From: Heterodontus francisci
Lineage: Eukaryota
NCBI RefSeq assembly: GCF_036365525.1
Contig: NC_090403.1
Location: forward strand, 51,399,095-51,463,094
Reading direction: 5' to 3'
Length of the DNA stretch: 64,000 nucleotides
Shown piece by piece: positions 25,425 to 38,323 of this stretch. The notes beneath the pieces are model-generated. The model was given only the letters and a program-made list of their open reading frames with translations, was not told the origin of the DNA and searched no databases. The translations under genes and the position numbers were made by a program. Each line of letters begins with the position of its first letter. Position 1 is the stretch's first letter.

Positions 25425-25808
25425 CCAGCTGTGGCTCAGTGAGTAGCACTCTCCCCCTTGAATTATAAGGTTGTGGGTTCAAGTCCCACTCCATAGACTT
25501 GAACATGTAATCCAGGCTGACGCTCCCAGCCAAGTATTGAGGGACTGCTGCACTGCCTTTTGGGTGAGACATTAAACTGAGGCCACACCTCCCCTCTCAG
25601 GTGGATATAAAGATCCTATGGCACTATTTTGAAGAGCAGAGCTGCTGTCCTGGCCATCGATCAACATTATTAACACAGATTATCTAGTCATTAGTATATT
25701 GCTGCTGATGCATTACGTTGCAGACTACACTTCAAAAGTACTTAATTGGCTGTGAATTGCTTTGGGACCACATGAAGAAAGCTATATGAATGCAAGCTCT
25801 TTCTTTCT
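25425..25808 (+). mobile_element. Deu-domain SINE
   Basis: A box tggctcagtgag, B box ggttcaagtcc, Deu core with internal deletions. Confidence 0.82.
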
Positions 25809-25846
25809 TACAGTCAAGAAAGCAAAACAAACATCATCTTGTATAT

Positions 25847-26738
25847 TGTTATGAAGGTGTTTCCATGGTTTAATATTTTTTGAGGACTTGTGTGTAAAAG
25901 TCTGTGGAAATCTGAGGAACTGCTGGACTTTGTTTTTAAAAAGGTCTCTGGAAGGACTTGAGCTTTCTGTTTAAAAATAGCCCTTACTAGATGTCACATG
26001 TCTTAAGCTAAATAAACAACAGGAGCCTTGGTGACTCGGGGGAGTTGTTTACAGAGAAGTGACATGTTAAGATTCATGGTGGTCGAGAGTTGATTTCCTT
26101 TTGGATTGTTTTGAGTCAGTTTGGGTTGCAGACTGCTGAGATAAGCACCCAGCTCATCCTTTCTCCCCCTCTGAGAAACCCTGAGAATCCAGCGTGTGAT
26201 AGCTGAAACCATGATGATGCATTTCTCCTGGAAAGCCTGCCAGACTAATCCTTGAAGTCACCTGAATAGAACTGCTCCTAAAAGATCCCAGTGACAGCCA
26301 TCAATGCTTATTTGGATGCCCGAATAAAGGGACAACTGATATCATTCCATATCTTCTCCTTTTCCTTCAAGAATTAACAAGTATTTGGCCAAAGTATATA
26401 TTTTTTTGTCTCTATTTGTAAAGAAATCACTGCAGAGAAAACATTTTTTTTCATGTGTGTTTGTGTGTGTGTGTCTGTCTGTCTTGGGTTAATTTAAGGG
26501 AACTTTCATATTTCAATCTGTGTGTTAATGCTTTGCATCTTTACTGACTGGGACTTGTTTTGTAATAAATTGATAATTTTGTTGTTTATTAAAGCTGGTT
26601 AGTGGATTTTATTCTGAAATAAAATAGAGCATATAATTGGCCATATCGGTAACAGGTAAACATTTAAATATATGTTGTGACCCATGGAGAAGTGGAAATA
26701 GAGAAAGACGGTGCACTTCTCCTGCCTTGGTAGTAACT
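25847..26738 (+). mobile_element. Solo LTR (Gypsy-like)
   Basis: TGTTA...TAAC(T) ends, 4-bp TSD ATAT on both sides, internal AATAAA, no coding region. Confidence 0.65.
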
Positions 26739-29558
26739 ATATTTGAGTCAGCACTACGCAGGCAGTGAATCTAACCCTTAAATTATAGAAACTTCAAAAA
26801 GAAGTTCCCAGAACACAGTACCTTGGAGTCTATAAGAGTTGGAATCTGTTGCATGTGACTTTGAGGTCCACAAACCTGATGGCACATCAGTCACAGCTCC
26901 CACCAACCAGAAAAGGCCCAGGTTGCATTCCTCTACTATACTGAGTGAACTGACCTCACCTGGCCTCAATGCCCCTGCTCATGGAGAAAGGGCGGTGGAT
27001 TAATCAACATCTTTGTGCTCTCTCTAGTGACCCCCTGCTAGAAGTGCATATGTATAAAGCCAGTATGATTCAGTAACTTCAAGAGGTGATTTCCCGATGG
27101 CTATGTGTAGCGCCATTGTATTCATAGCAGTAAGATTTCCTACGCTTGTTATTTATAGTAAATCATAAAAAACTCTTATTTCTATGGAGCCTTTCATGTT
27201 GTGAAATGTCCCAAGGTAGTTGCTGAAAGCTTTACATAGAGTCTACAGCACAGAAACAGGCCATTTGACTCAACTGGTCCATGCCGGTGTTTATGCTCCA
27301 CATGAGTGTCCTCCCACCCCTCTTCATCTTACTGTGTCAGCATAACTTCTATTCCTTTCTCTCTCATGTGTTTATTGAAATTCCCCTTAAATGCATCTTT
27401 TGCCTCAACTACTCCTTGTGGTAGCCAGTCTCACATTCTAACTATTCTCTGGGTAAAGACTGGTTTACTACCAATGGTGAACTGGCTGCACAGTACCTCC
27501 AAAGTTGGAAGAGCAGAGGGTAACTTTTGAGGACATTTGGAGAAGATTGCAGAGATAGGGTGGACAAAGGCCATGGATGGCCATGAAGTGTTCTTTTATG
27601 ATGTTGCTACATTTAACAACCAGAGAGATCATTCTCACTCTCTCACCTGTGATGAGCAAATTACCATCAGTGGTGGCATGGCAATTTCAGAAATGATTAT
27701 CTTGGGACAAGAAATTTATTTTCGGGAGTAGGTCTTGAGAAACTTGAAATGTTGATTTTTGGCACTTTATTGGGTGCCAGTGTTTTGAACTGAAATTTTT
27801 TTCTTTTATATACTGAAAGACTTGATGTTTATAATACTGCCAGATGTGGAAAAATACACCCTACAGTTAAAACACACAAAACATTTCCCTTCATGACTCA
27901 TGGGGTATGCAAGTCTTCCTTGTCTCTGTGTGGGCAATAAACGTGGCAGAGTGGATGACCAAACCCCTGATACAACCCACCCAATTTTCTTTGTCATTTT
28001 ATTGATTTCAATGCAATCAGGCAGGTTCTATAAAGAGCAATCGATCTGCTTTGCCAGGTCACTGCCCTTGCCGCAGAGTTGAAAATTACCCCCAGCGATT
28101 TTTATCTAATGAAGTAGCTCAACCATACAGACTATGAAGACAAGTCAACTCACCAGCCTGTCACCACCAGAAGCCAATCATCTGTAATCAGCAACCAGCC
28201 ACTGGAAACATAAGACCATAGGAATAGGAGCTGGCCCTTGAGCCTGACCAGTCATTCAGATTAGATCAGGCTCATCTGTATGTTAACTTCAACCCACCTT
28301 GCTCAATAAATATCTATCAAACTTAGTTTTGAAATTTTCAATTGACCTAGCCTGAACAGCCCAGTATTAATTTTAAGGTTAATCTGATCTGCACCTCCTC
28401 CAAGGCCAATATATCCTTCCTCAGGTGAGGTGCCCAGAACTGAACACAGCCCTCTAAATGGGGTCTAACTCCAGGTTTATGGAATCGGAACATAACTTCC
28501 ATCCCTTTGTATTCCAGCCCCAGTGAGATAAAGCCAACACTCCATTAGCGTTTGAAAATGTATTTGTATCTTTCCACTAGCTATTACTGATTTCTGTACT
28601 TGGGCTCCTAATTATCTCTGCAGCTTTACAGTACCTAGCTTTGCATCATTTAGAAAATACTCTGATTTATCTTCCTGAGAAAACTGCTCATCCATCATTA
28701 CCAGGCATCAGAAGGCAGCAGCCACTAGAGACGAGACAGCAATGTCTGCCCACTGCAATCAGCAGTCAGCCACCCACAGTCAAGAAGTGAAAATAAAATG
28801 CTGATCAATCTCTGCCGCTGATGTTCAGCATCTGGCACGTGCTCAAGGTTGAGCTCCTCGTCTCGCTGTCACAAAAGTGTGCAAAAGCACAAAAATGCGG
28901 AAGTATCACAGGTGACATTTCAAAATACCTCAGAAGTTATTTATGAATGTATTAACTGGTGATTTCTCGGCTCCTGGAAAGCAGTGAGGGATGGCAGTGC
29001 TGGAGAATGGAACGGTTTTCCCAATCCTGCAACGGTCAGGTGCAGAAGAAAGGTCTGTTGTTGTCAGCCTAGATTTTGTGCTCATGTCTCTGGAGTGGCA
29101 CTTGAATCCACACCCTTCTCACTCAGAGGTGAGAATGCTACCCGCTGAGCCACAACTGACACCTATAATATAATATAGCTGGGCAACACAGACGAGAAAG
29201 GATTGTAGCTCAGTGGCTGGCCTCTGCCGAGTTAGCTGATTTCAGCCAGACTGGCCAGTCAGAGCTTATAAATGACCTTGAGATGCTGGATTAGTAGTAA
29301 TGGAATTGACCAGAATTGTCACTCCTGATCACCATCCCTGCCTGAAGTGTATGTCTGTGGAAGTTGGAGAAGACCGATTTTGTCTGTAATGCCCTCCTGT
29401 GGATTAATAGCTGCTGATGCTGTCAGTCAGGGCTCACACATAAAAAATGACCATTTGGGAGCCAAGACAAATAGATGGTAATCTGTTCCTCCAACCATGA
29501 CACAATGGGGTAGATTTTCACTTTCACCACCTGGGTGATAAGAACATAAGAAGTAGGA

Positions 29559-30058
29559 GAGGGTGCAGAGGAGGTTCACTAGGTTGATTCCGGAGTTGAG
29601 GGGGTTGGCTTATGAGGAGAGACTGAGTAGATTGGGATTATATTCATTGGAGTTCAGAAGAATGAGGGGGGATCTTATAGAAACATATAAAATCATGAAG
29701 GGAATAGATAAGGTACAAGTAGAGAGGATGTTTCCACTGGCAGGTGAAGCTAGGACAAGAGGGCATTGCTTCAAGATTAGAGAGAGCAGATTTAGGACTG
29801 AATTGAGAAGCAACTTCTTCACCCAGAGGGTTGTTAATCTATGGAATTCCTTGCCCAGTGAAGTAGTTGACGCTTCTTCAGTAAACGTCTTTAAAGCTAA
29901 GGTAGATATCTTTTTGAACAATAAAGGAATTGAGGGATACGGTGGGAGCGCGGGTAAGTGGATCTGAGTCCACGAAAAGATCAGCCATGATCTTATTGAA
30001 TGGCGGAGCAGGCTCGAGGGGCCGGACGGCCTACTCCTGCTCCTGGTACTTATGATCT
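29559..30058 (+). mobile_element. Young 5'-truncated CR1 inserted in the tail of an opposite-strand CR1
   Basis: Open 134-aa ORF2 C-terminus; 5-bp TSD tagga at 29554-29558 and 30059-30063; the host continues to about 30465. Confidence 0.9.
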
Positions 30059-31717
30059 TAGGATCAGGAGTAGGCTGTATGGCTCTTTGAGCCTACTCTG
30101 AAATTTAATAAGGTCATGGTTAACTTCGACATCAACTCCACGCTATCTCCATATTCCATGATTCCTTTATTGTACAAAAATCTATTGATTTCAATCCTGA
30201 ATACACTTATTGACTGCGCATCCACAGTTCCAAAGATTCACAACCCTCTGAGTGAAGATATTTCTCCTCATCTCCATCCTAAATCACCAACCCCTTCTCC
30301 TGAGACGATGATCCCTAGTTCTAGACTGCCCAGCCAGGGGAAACAGCCTCTCAGCATCTATACTGTCAAACAGTCCAAGAATTTTATGTCTCAATGAGAC
30401 CACCTCCTTCTTCTAAAATCCAGAGAATATAGGTCCATTCTACTCAATCTCATAGGACAGGCCTCTCATCGAGAGAAATCAATCTGTTTATTTGTCAGAG
30501 TCTCCCTTTGCAAAACCATTTGATGTTCATTCCCTTGATCTTCACCAGGTGTGTTCTATAAAGGACAGGTGATGTGCTCTGCCAGATTACTGCCCAGACA
30601 GGAGGACTTAAATCTACCCCAATGTCCTCAGGGTAAAACACAGAAGCAAACTGAATGGGAATTTTTCTTTCAAAAAGTTTTATAAACATAGAGCTGAGTT
30701 AGAGCCATTTGCAGCATACAGTGAACGTTAAAAGATTGAGGGGATACCGTACGTGGATACAGCTGTGCAGTCGTTACGGTAACAGACCGGTTGTACCCAG
30801 AGCTCATGGGCCCAAAATGCTGCCTTGGTGAATTGTGGAAATAAAGCTGATCATTTGTGGACTGGCACCAGAGATAGAAAAAAAGCCTTACGAGTGAAAC
30901 CCAACTTGCTCACTTCCCTGTAGATCAGGGAATGGAGCTTGCTGTCTTCACTTTGTCTGGCCTACACGTGACTCCTGTCCCGTCAACAGCAACTTACATT
31001 TATGTAATGCCTTTAACATAGTAGAACATCCCAAGGCAATGTGGTTGACTCTAAATGATCACTGAAGTGGCCCAGTAAACAATTGCTGGAAGGTCCAAAG
31101 TCATCCCGAAAAGAAATGTAAGAAAGTATATTGTAGTACAATTTAAATAAAACCTGTGGTGTCATAGGCCCTGATCAAAAGGCTTTTATTTCCTGGGGTG
31201 CCAAAAAAACAAACTTTTTTTTGTCAGAAAAAAATGGTTTGTCATTTCAGTGCGCAAATGAAAATTATTCCAAACAATCACCTGAGGGCTGACTGGAGAC
31301 AGTTTGTGAATTAACACCAGGTTAATTTTGAAGGTAATTTTTATGCTTGCCATTGTGGAGGAGGTTAGTAATGGAGAAAGTTACATTTTCAACCTTTTCC
31401 TATTTAAGGGCCAATTTTGAGAGCCTGTGCTCATGCTGGGACCACACCCAACAGAGGCAAGTAACCGGACATTTTAATGGATGGAAAATTGTGGTTGGAA
31501 TACCTGGTAATTCTCGACGTGCATGGCCAACGAGCAAGGCTGCATGAACTTGGAAAATTGCCCAGTTGGCTTGGAGCACATTGGGCATAACATGGGACAT
31601 GTGTCGAGTAATATTCGATCCACTCTGTGCCCAAAAAGACCTTGTGACTACAACCAATAGTAAAGTACCTAAACAATATTAAATAATAACAGTGAATATT
31701 TATATATATATATATAC

Positions 31718-31849
31718 CTGCTTTTTGCTGTGCCCACAGGCACACCATGCATAAAGTTTCGCTGCTTGAAGCTCCGTTTCGAAGGGATGCTTGGCTGCAA
31801 TGACAGCTCTCTTAGGTGCAGCAACGGTGCAGTACCAGTGACTTCTCAT
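31718..31849 (-). CDS. CISD3: CISD3 internal coding exon (MRSHWYCTVAAPKRAVIAAKHPFETELQAAKLYAWCACGHSKKQ)
   Basis: Translated by hand; this frame is not in the ORF track. Acceptor ttttttcatttgcag, donor CAG|gtatat, 132 nt, phase 0-0. WCACGHSKKQ joins PFCDGSH to form the C-x-C-x2-S-x3-P-x-C-D-G-S-H motif. Confidence 0.95.
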
Positions 31850-32574
31850 CTGCAAATGAAAAAAAGAGGAACTGAAATCCTGGTTGGTGGTTTTGGTGCC
31901 AGAAGAATTCTAATTACCATGGTTAGACACGGTTAGCAACTGGCAGCCAATATATCGCAATGTAGAGCTTTTCCTTGCTGCATTCATTACCTGCAGAGCC
32001 AGATTTCAATGAACAGTTAGGATGCTCCCATCCCCCTGCCACCACCACCACCGTCCCATTCATCAAAGTATTTATCAGTATGTTTAAACAGTTGAAACTT
32101 ACACAAGAACTTTCCAGAGCAAAAGCTTTCAAAGAAAGCCAATATATTTATATTTTTTTAAAAACAGTTTTCTCATACAGCTAGGTCTCGGTTGTGTCAT
32201 GAACTGCTGTGTTGAGCAGAACCCCAAACTCTAACAACAGATTCTGTAAAAGCATGGGTTTTGCTCATGTCCTTTGATCTCATTTTATAGAAGCCAGATA
32301 GAAGCATCAATACTTGTCCAGTTAGTTTCTCTCCTGAACCTCTCCTGTCCTCAACATGCTGATTTTTGCAGGACTCTGGTACCACAGGAACAGGCATAGG
32401 CCATTCAGCCCCTCAAACCCGTCACACACTGTCTTGTATCTTAACTCCATTTACCTTGACCTAACCAGAATTGATCAATCTCAGTTTTGAAATTTATAAT
32501 TGACGCCCCTTGCTTCAATAGGTTTTGGAGGGGAGATTTCCACATTTGTACTGTCTGAACCTCTCTCTCTCTCA

Positions 32575-32898
32575 TAGTGATACAGCACTGAAACAGGCCC
32601 TTTGGCCCACCAAGTCTGTGCCGACCAACAACCATGCATTTATACAATCCTACATTAATCCCATATTCCCAACCACATCCCCCTATCACCTACCTACCTA
32701 CACTAGGGGCAATTTACAATGGCCAATTTACCTATCAATCTGAAAGTCTTTGGCATGTGGGAGGAAACCAGATCACCCGGTGGAAACCCACGCGGTCAGA
32801 GAGAAATTGCAAACTCCGCACAGGCAGTACCCAGAACCGAGCCCAAGTTGCTGGAGCTGTGAGGCTGTGGTGCTAACCATTGCGCCACTGTGCCGCCC
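32575..32898 (-). mobile_element. V-SINE (HE1-like)
   Basis: tRNA head gggcggcacagtggcgcaatggttagcac, V domain ggagtttgca..cgtgggtttcc..ggtttcctcccaca, CR1-type tail gggccaaagggcctgtttcagtgctgta. Sits inside a decayed minus-strand CR1 (about 32385-33280). Confidence 0.88.
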
Positions 32899-33689
32899 TA
32901 TATATACTGTCCTATAGAAATTCTTGCTGACATCACCCTGAATGGCCCAGTTTTAATTTTAAGGTTATGCCCCCTTGTCCTGGTCTCTGACATCAGAGAT
33001 TTAATAGTTTGTTTCAGTCTACTCTATCAAATACTTTAATCATTTTAAACACATCAATTAGATCACCTTTAATCTTATATACTCAAGGGAATACAAGGCT
33101 AGTCTATGCAACTTGTCCTCATAAGTATCATTTTGGTGAATGGACACTGCACCCCCTCCAAAGCCAATATATCCTTGCTGAGATGCAGTGCCCAGAAATG
33201 AACGCAGTACTTGAGATGTGGTCTAACCGGAACTTTATACAACTGTAGCATAACTTCTTTACCTATTGTATTCCAGCTGTGACATTAGCAACCCTCCTAT
33301 TGGCACTTGGATGAACTTTCTCCATGTGTCAGTCGACTGAATGTTGATAAACTATTCATACGTAGGGAATAAACTCCAAGTCCAAACTGGTCCTCATCAA
33401 ACTTGCACTTTCCAGCAGTCATCTCCCAGCAATCTGGTCAAGTTTTACTTAAGACAAAAGTACCTCTAGATATTTGGAGATGTTATGCTCATCAGAGTTT
33501 AACTGAACTCAATTTTCTTTCAAACCATATGGTCCTCATACTACTGCATTACTCTTCTGTGTACTGCTTCCAGGTTTCAATGATTTCCTTATGTCTCAGT
33601 GACCAGACATGAATGGAGTATTGAACATTTGGCCTAACCAGAGTACTATACAACTTCAGCATAACGACCTCAGGCTTGTACTCTCACCT

Positions 33690-34057
33690 GAGGTTGTGAG
33701 ATCAAATCCCACTCTTGCGATTAGAGTTCAATATCTAGAGCATTACAGAGGGAGTGCTACACGGTTGCAGGTACTGTCATTCAAATGAGATGTTACAGCT
33801 AGGTCCCACCTGCCCCCTCAGGTGGCACTATTTTGAAAAGTGCAGGGAGTTCTCCCAGTGTCCTGGCCAATATTTATCCCTCAACATCTAAAAACAGATT
33901 ACTTGGTCAATTATTTGGTCTTACTGTTGTAAGACCTTGCTGTGTGTAAATTGTTCCTACATTGCAACAGTGACTATACATCAAAAATACTTCACTGACT
34001 GAAAAGTGTTTGGGATGTCCTGAGGTCGTGAAAGGCACTATATAAATGCAAGTCTTT
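33690..34057 (+). mobile_element. Deu-domain SINE
   Basis: Deu core gggagttctcccagtgtcctggccaatatttatccctcaac and tail. Confidence 0.8.
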
Positions 34058-34394
34058 CTATTGTTATGCTTTACTGTTGTGGCAATACAGCTTAGTATTC
34101 GGTTTGCTCTGTTTAATTATTGCATTACAATAATTGGACAAGGTCAGTGTCGAGTCTACATTCACTCTGGAACTCTTAAAGCCTCTCTCCTAGCTTTGAC
34201 ACTGTTATTTCCTCTATTTCTTTCCTTTGTGTGCATTATCGTGCACTTGTCTATATTTGACTTTATTTGCCGTAGTTCTGCTTACTGACAATAGTATCTA
34301 GATGTTCCTGCAGTTTCATGGTGTTTCAGGCTTGACTGAACCCTCCAGTCTTGTTCAATATCATCCATGAAATTTCAAACATTTAACTTCAGGG

Positions 34395-34795
34395 GGAGGA
34401 CATTGGCAGATAGTGGTAATGTCACTAAATCTAGTAAGTCAGAGGCCCAGCCTAATGCTGCCCTGGGGAGATGGGTTCAAATCCCACCATGGCATATGGT
34501 AGAATTTCAATTCAAATAATTAGTAACAAAAAATCTGGAATTAAAAGCTAGTCTCAGTTATGGTGCCATGATTGTTGTTTAAAAACCCATCTGGTTCACA
34601 AATGTCCTTCAGGAAGGAAATCTGCCATTCTTACCTGGTCTGGCCTACACGTGACTCCAGACCCACAGCAATGTGGTGGACTCTTAACTGCCCTCTGAAA
34701 TGGCCTAGCAAGTCATTCAGTTGTCAAGAGCAATTAGTGATGGGCAACAAATGCTGGCTTTGCCAGCGATGCCCATATCCCATGAAATAATTTTT
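34395..34795 (+). mobile_element. tRNA-derived SINE sharing its 3' tail with the 52430-54097 LINE
   Basis: A box tggcagatagtgg, B box ggttcaaatcc, tail gggcaacaaatgctggctttgccagcgatgcccatatcccatgaa. Confidence 0.82.
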
Positions 34796-37700
34796 AAAGA
34801 AACACTTGCATTGCATTTTGCTTATAGATTGTGTGCCTTGATTACAAACAGTAAGGGCATCAGGACTAATCCTTGGGACACTCACCTCTCCAGGCTGATA
34901 TCACTTCCCTAACTAGTATCCACTACTTCTTCTGTAGAACCACAGGTTTTAGCAAGGATGACAACTGCCTTAAGTATATGTAGCAGCTTCTCATGCAGAA
35001 CTTTGTGCAGTGCTTTCTGGAAGTTTAGCTACTTGCAATGTTTACTTGCTCCAATAAGTCACATCGTTTGGGCAGGTATCAGCTCCTTCTGCAACAGTGT
35101 TCAATAAACACACTAGTGGTGTGACACTCAGCCATGCAGACCAGAATAGTCTTAGGGTTGAGTCCCAATCTACATGAAGTTACCCATCTCAGCAAGAACA
35201 GCAGCAGGGTGCTAAAATTGACCTCAGTACCTCGAGCTCAACAACTACACCTTGCATTTATATAGCTCCTTTAATGTAGTAAACTGTCCCAAGGAGCTTC
35301 ACAGGAGCATTATTAAATAAAATGTGACACTGAGCCATGCAAGGAGACATTAGGGCAAGTTCCCAAAAGCTTGGTTTTAAGGAGCAGTCTAAAGGAGGAG
35401 AGAGGGGTAGAGGGGGAATTCCAGAGCTTAGGGCCTCGGCAGCTGGAAAGCCACCAATGGTGAGCCGATTAAGATGGGGAATAGTCAAGAAAGAGAATTG
35501 GAGGAGCGCAATGATCGCTGGTGGAGATTACAGAGATAGGGCGGGGCGAGGACTTGGAGGGATATGAAAACAAGGATGAGAATTCTAAATTTGAAGTGTT
35601 GCCGGACCTGGAGCAGAAGAAAACAAAATTCAGCAAAGGTTTTCCTTCCCTAATAGTATCCAATGACCCCATCCCCAGAGGAAAATAGACATGCATAGAA
35701 ATCTGGAAAAGACTGGAACAGCCTCAGCCTCAGTAACACAGATCACCAAGGCTCACACATCATCATCACACTTAGATGAAGTGTTAAAAGCCTGCCAACA
35801 CCATGGAATCATTTCTGAGCCACAATCAGTATCTTTGGCAGGGGCATGAGGTGAGGTGTGACATTATTTTAAAAATAAAATAGTAACTTCAACATTTCTT
35901 TGTCAAACTGATTGGGAGGGGGGGAGGAGCTAATCAGAAGGAGTTAGTGTACCATAACAGGAGACCATATCAACATTTAAGCAAAAGTTATATATGTGGT
36001 TGGAGGTAAAGGGATATGAGAACATGAGATTAGGCCTCCTGATGCAGTGGAGGATAAGCACCAACATGGGCTGGTTCGGCAGAATTTCCACATTATAAAG
36101 AAAGGCTTGCATTTACATAGCGCCTTTCACAACTTCAGGATGTCCCAAAGCGCTTTACAGCCAGTGAAGTGCTTTTGAAGTGTGGTAATTGTTCTAATGT
36201 AAGAAACATTGGAATAATTTTTATGTAATTCTGTGAGAGTTCTGAATATTTGGTAAATAAAATCATTAACCCAGGAAGTTAAGATAATTTTTCATTTCAA
36301 CAGAAACTTGGAAGCAGATTCAATAGGAACTTTCGAAATCATATTGGTATATGATTGAAAAGGAAAAAAAAATGCAGGACTATGGGGAAAGAGCAGAGGA
36401 GTGGGACTAATTGGATCGCTCTTTTAGAGAGCCGTTGTGGGGAGGATGGGTCAAATGGCCTCCTCCCTGTGTTGTATGATACTATGATTGAATATTATGG
36501 AGAACAAAGGGTTATTAAAGTTCATTTTTTGTTTCAACTTATGGGCGAGACGCCGTCTTTAAACGTGTGCCAAGTCTAGCTCTGTTCACTGCCAAGTGTT
36601 TGGGAATTGCACCCAGAGCAATATCGCAGTTAGATCTATTGGACTACTAGTGAAATAAACCATTCAGTCTATAGAATAAGGTAAACAGTAGTTCTGTTTA
36701 CCTTATTCATTTTAAAGGAAATTACATTTTATCCTAGTTTACACAATGAAATATCCTTGAACCGTGGAGTGCCTGGAGATCCGTGCTCTGGTTGTCACTG
36801 TTACCGGAGTATGGGGAGGTGAGATTTACTGGCCAAGGCTAAAAATACATACATAATAAAACAGGATAAATCCTGATTATGTCAGGAAGCTGTTATTTAG
36901 CGGCTCTGAACCAATGGGTTCAGTTCGGCACTTTTCCATCACTCTTGATCGACCCAATAAGGGTTTTTTTTTTCTCTTTGCAACCGATTCTGAAACGTTT
37001 AGCGGATTATCAAAACCCCTTAACTCGTCCAAAATTAATTTACTAAATGTAACCCAGCACCTGCTGACAATGCAGCCGCTGCAATTCCATATAGTTCAGA
37101 TTGAAGGTGGCACTGAGAAAGGGTTTCCTTTCAATGGAGAACTGATTTTTTTTTTTGTTAGATTAAACTTATGCTACAGAATCTACTTTCCTGTGGAGAC
37201 CAAAGATATTGGAAGTAGGAATTGACTAGATTTCCTGATTTGAACGGGCTGTAGAAAAATTATTTACATTCCGAAAGGGGCAGCAACATATGCTTGAGAG
37301 CGTGAGACAGTCCTTTTAATGAAAGGAAAAAATCCAGTCTAAGAATATTACGCATTGGAAAGAGTTTTGAAGGAGTGTGCATTTTGTGACCTCTGCGACC
37401 TAAATCTTCATGACAACATCTGAAACCCCTTTCTCAACTTCTGTGCGTCGGTGAGGCTAAAAGAGAGAGATCCAGACAGTAATGTTTATATTTATTGTGC
37501 CAAGTAGACACGGTCTGGCTTTCATTATCTCGTCTGCATTTCAAACGCTGCAACCGAAGTTCATTCTATACACCAGCCTCCGCCGAAGGGTCTCGGGGTG
37601 AGACTGAACCCGCAAACTTAGTGTTCAGGGTCGGGTATTTTGATGGGGGGCGGGGGGAAGGTGTGGAGATGTATGAGTGCGAGAGTGTGGTGGTTTTGTG

Positions 37701-38287
37701 CTGTTTGAGGGCTGTGCAGTTGTGGAATGTTCAGTAGTAATTAACCAGATACGTTTATAATGTGGGAGTCCTGGTGTGTTACTGGTGAATTGTAGATATA
37801 TCCGGAGTATAGGTGTGTTCCTTTTGAGTCTCAATTTTGAGGAGGGTGGGGTGTGTTGCAGCTCATTTTCAAACTAAAACACCCGAGTGCAAATGTTCCA
37901 ATTCGTCTGGTATTTTACAAGCAGGAATGATAACTTGAATTCAAGAATCTGTCGCTATCAAGACTAAACAAGTACAAAAGCCGAAAAGAATGACCTGAAA
38001 CTGTATTAAAATCACCATGAAAAAAGCATCACCAAGCTCTATTAAAGTATTTCAGTAACTGGAGAAATAACAGTAGAGAATGCGGGAAAGATTCAGCAAG
38101 TTAGACAGAATCTCTGGAGTTAGAAATGTTTCAGATAGGTGATTTTTTCAGCAGACCTGGAACAGCGTTCACAACATTTGCTGTTTTTATTTCAGATTGC
38201 CACTATCTGCAGTTTGTGTTATAACGAGAGAAACGCTGGTCAAAGGCGTCTTCGGAACTGCAATCCAGATTTATATTAAAAAATCAC

Positions 38288-38323
38288 CTCAGTCTTCAAG
38301 GGAATTAAGTGGCTGAAGTATTC
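38288..38323 (-). CDS. CISD3: Probable CISD3 36-nt exon 2 (EYFSHLIPLKTE)
   Basis: Acceptor ctttccattcag, donor GAG|gtgatt, exactly 12 open codons, phase 0-0, in non-repeat sequence. Fits my recollection of a very short second coding exon in vertebrate CISD3. No motif-level homology. Confidence 0.6.

Noticed and set aside
25425-25500. tRNA genes at SINE heads (also 4744, 32898, 34395, 60516)
   Set aside because: A/B boxes run on into SINE bodies; no complete cloverleaf seen.
37061-37090. Alternative CISD3 first exon MELQRLHCQQ|gtgctg
   Set aside because: Weak donor and not presequence-like; 59851-59901 is much better supported.
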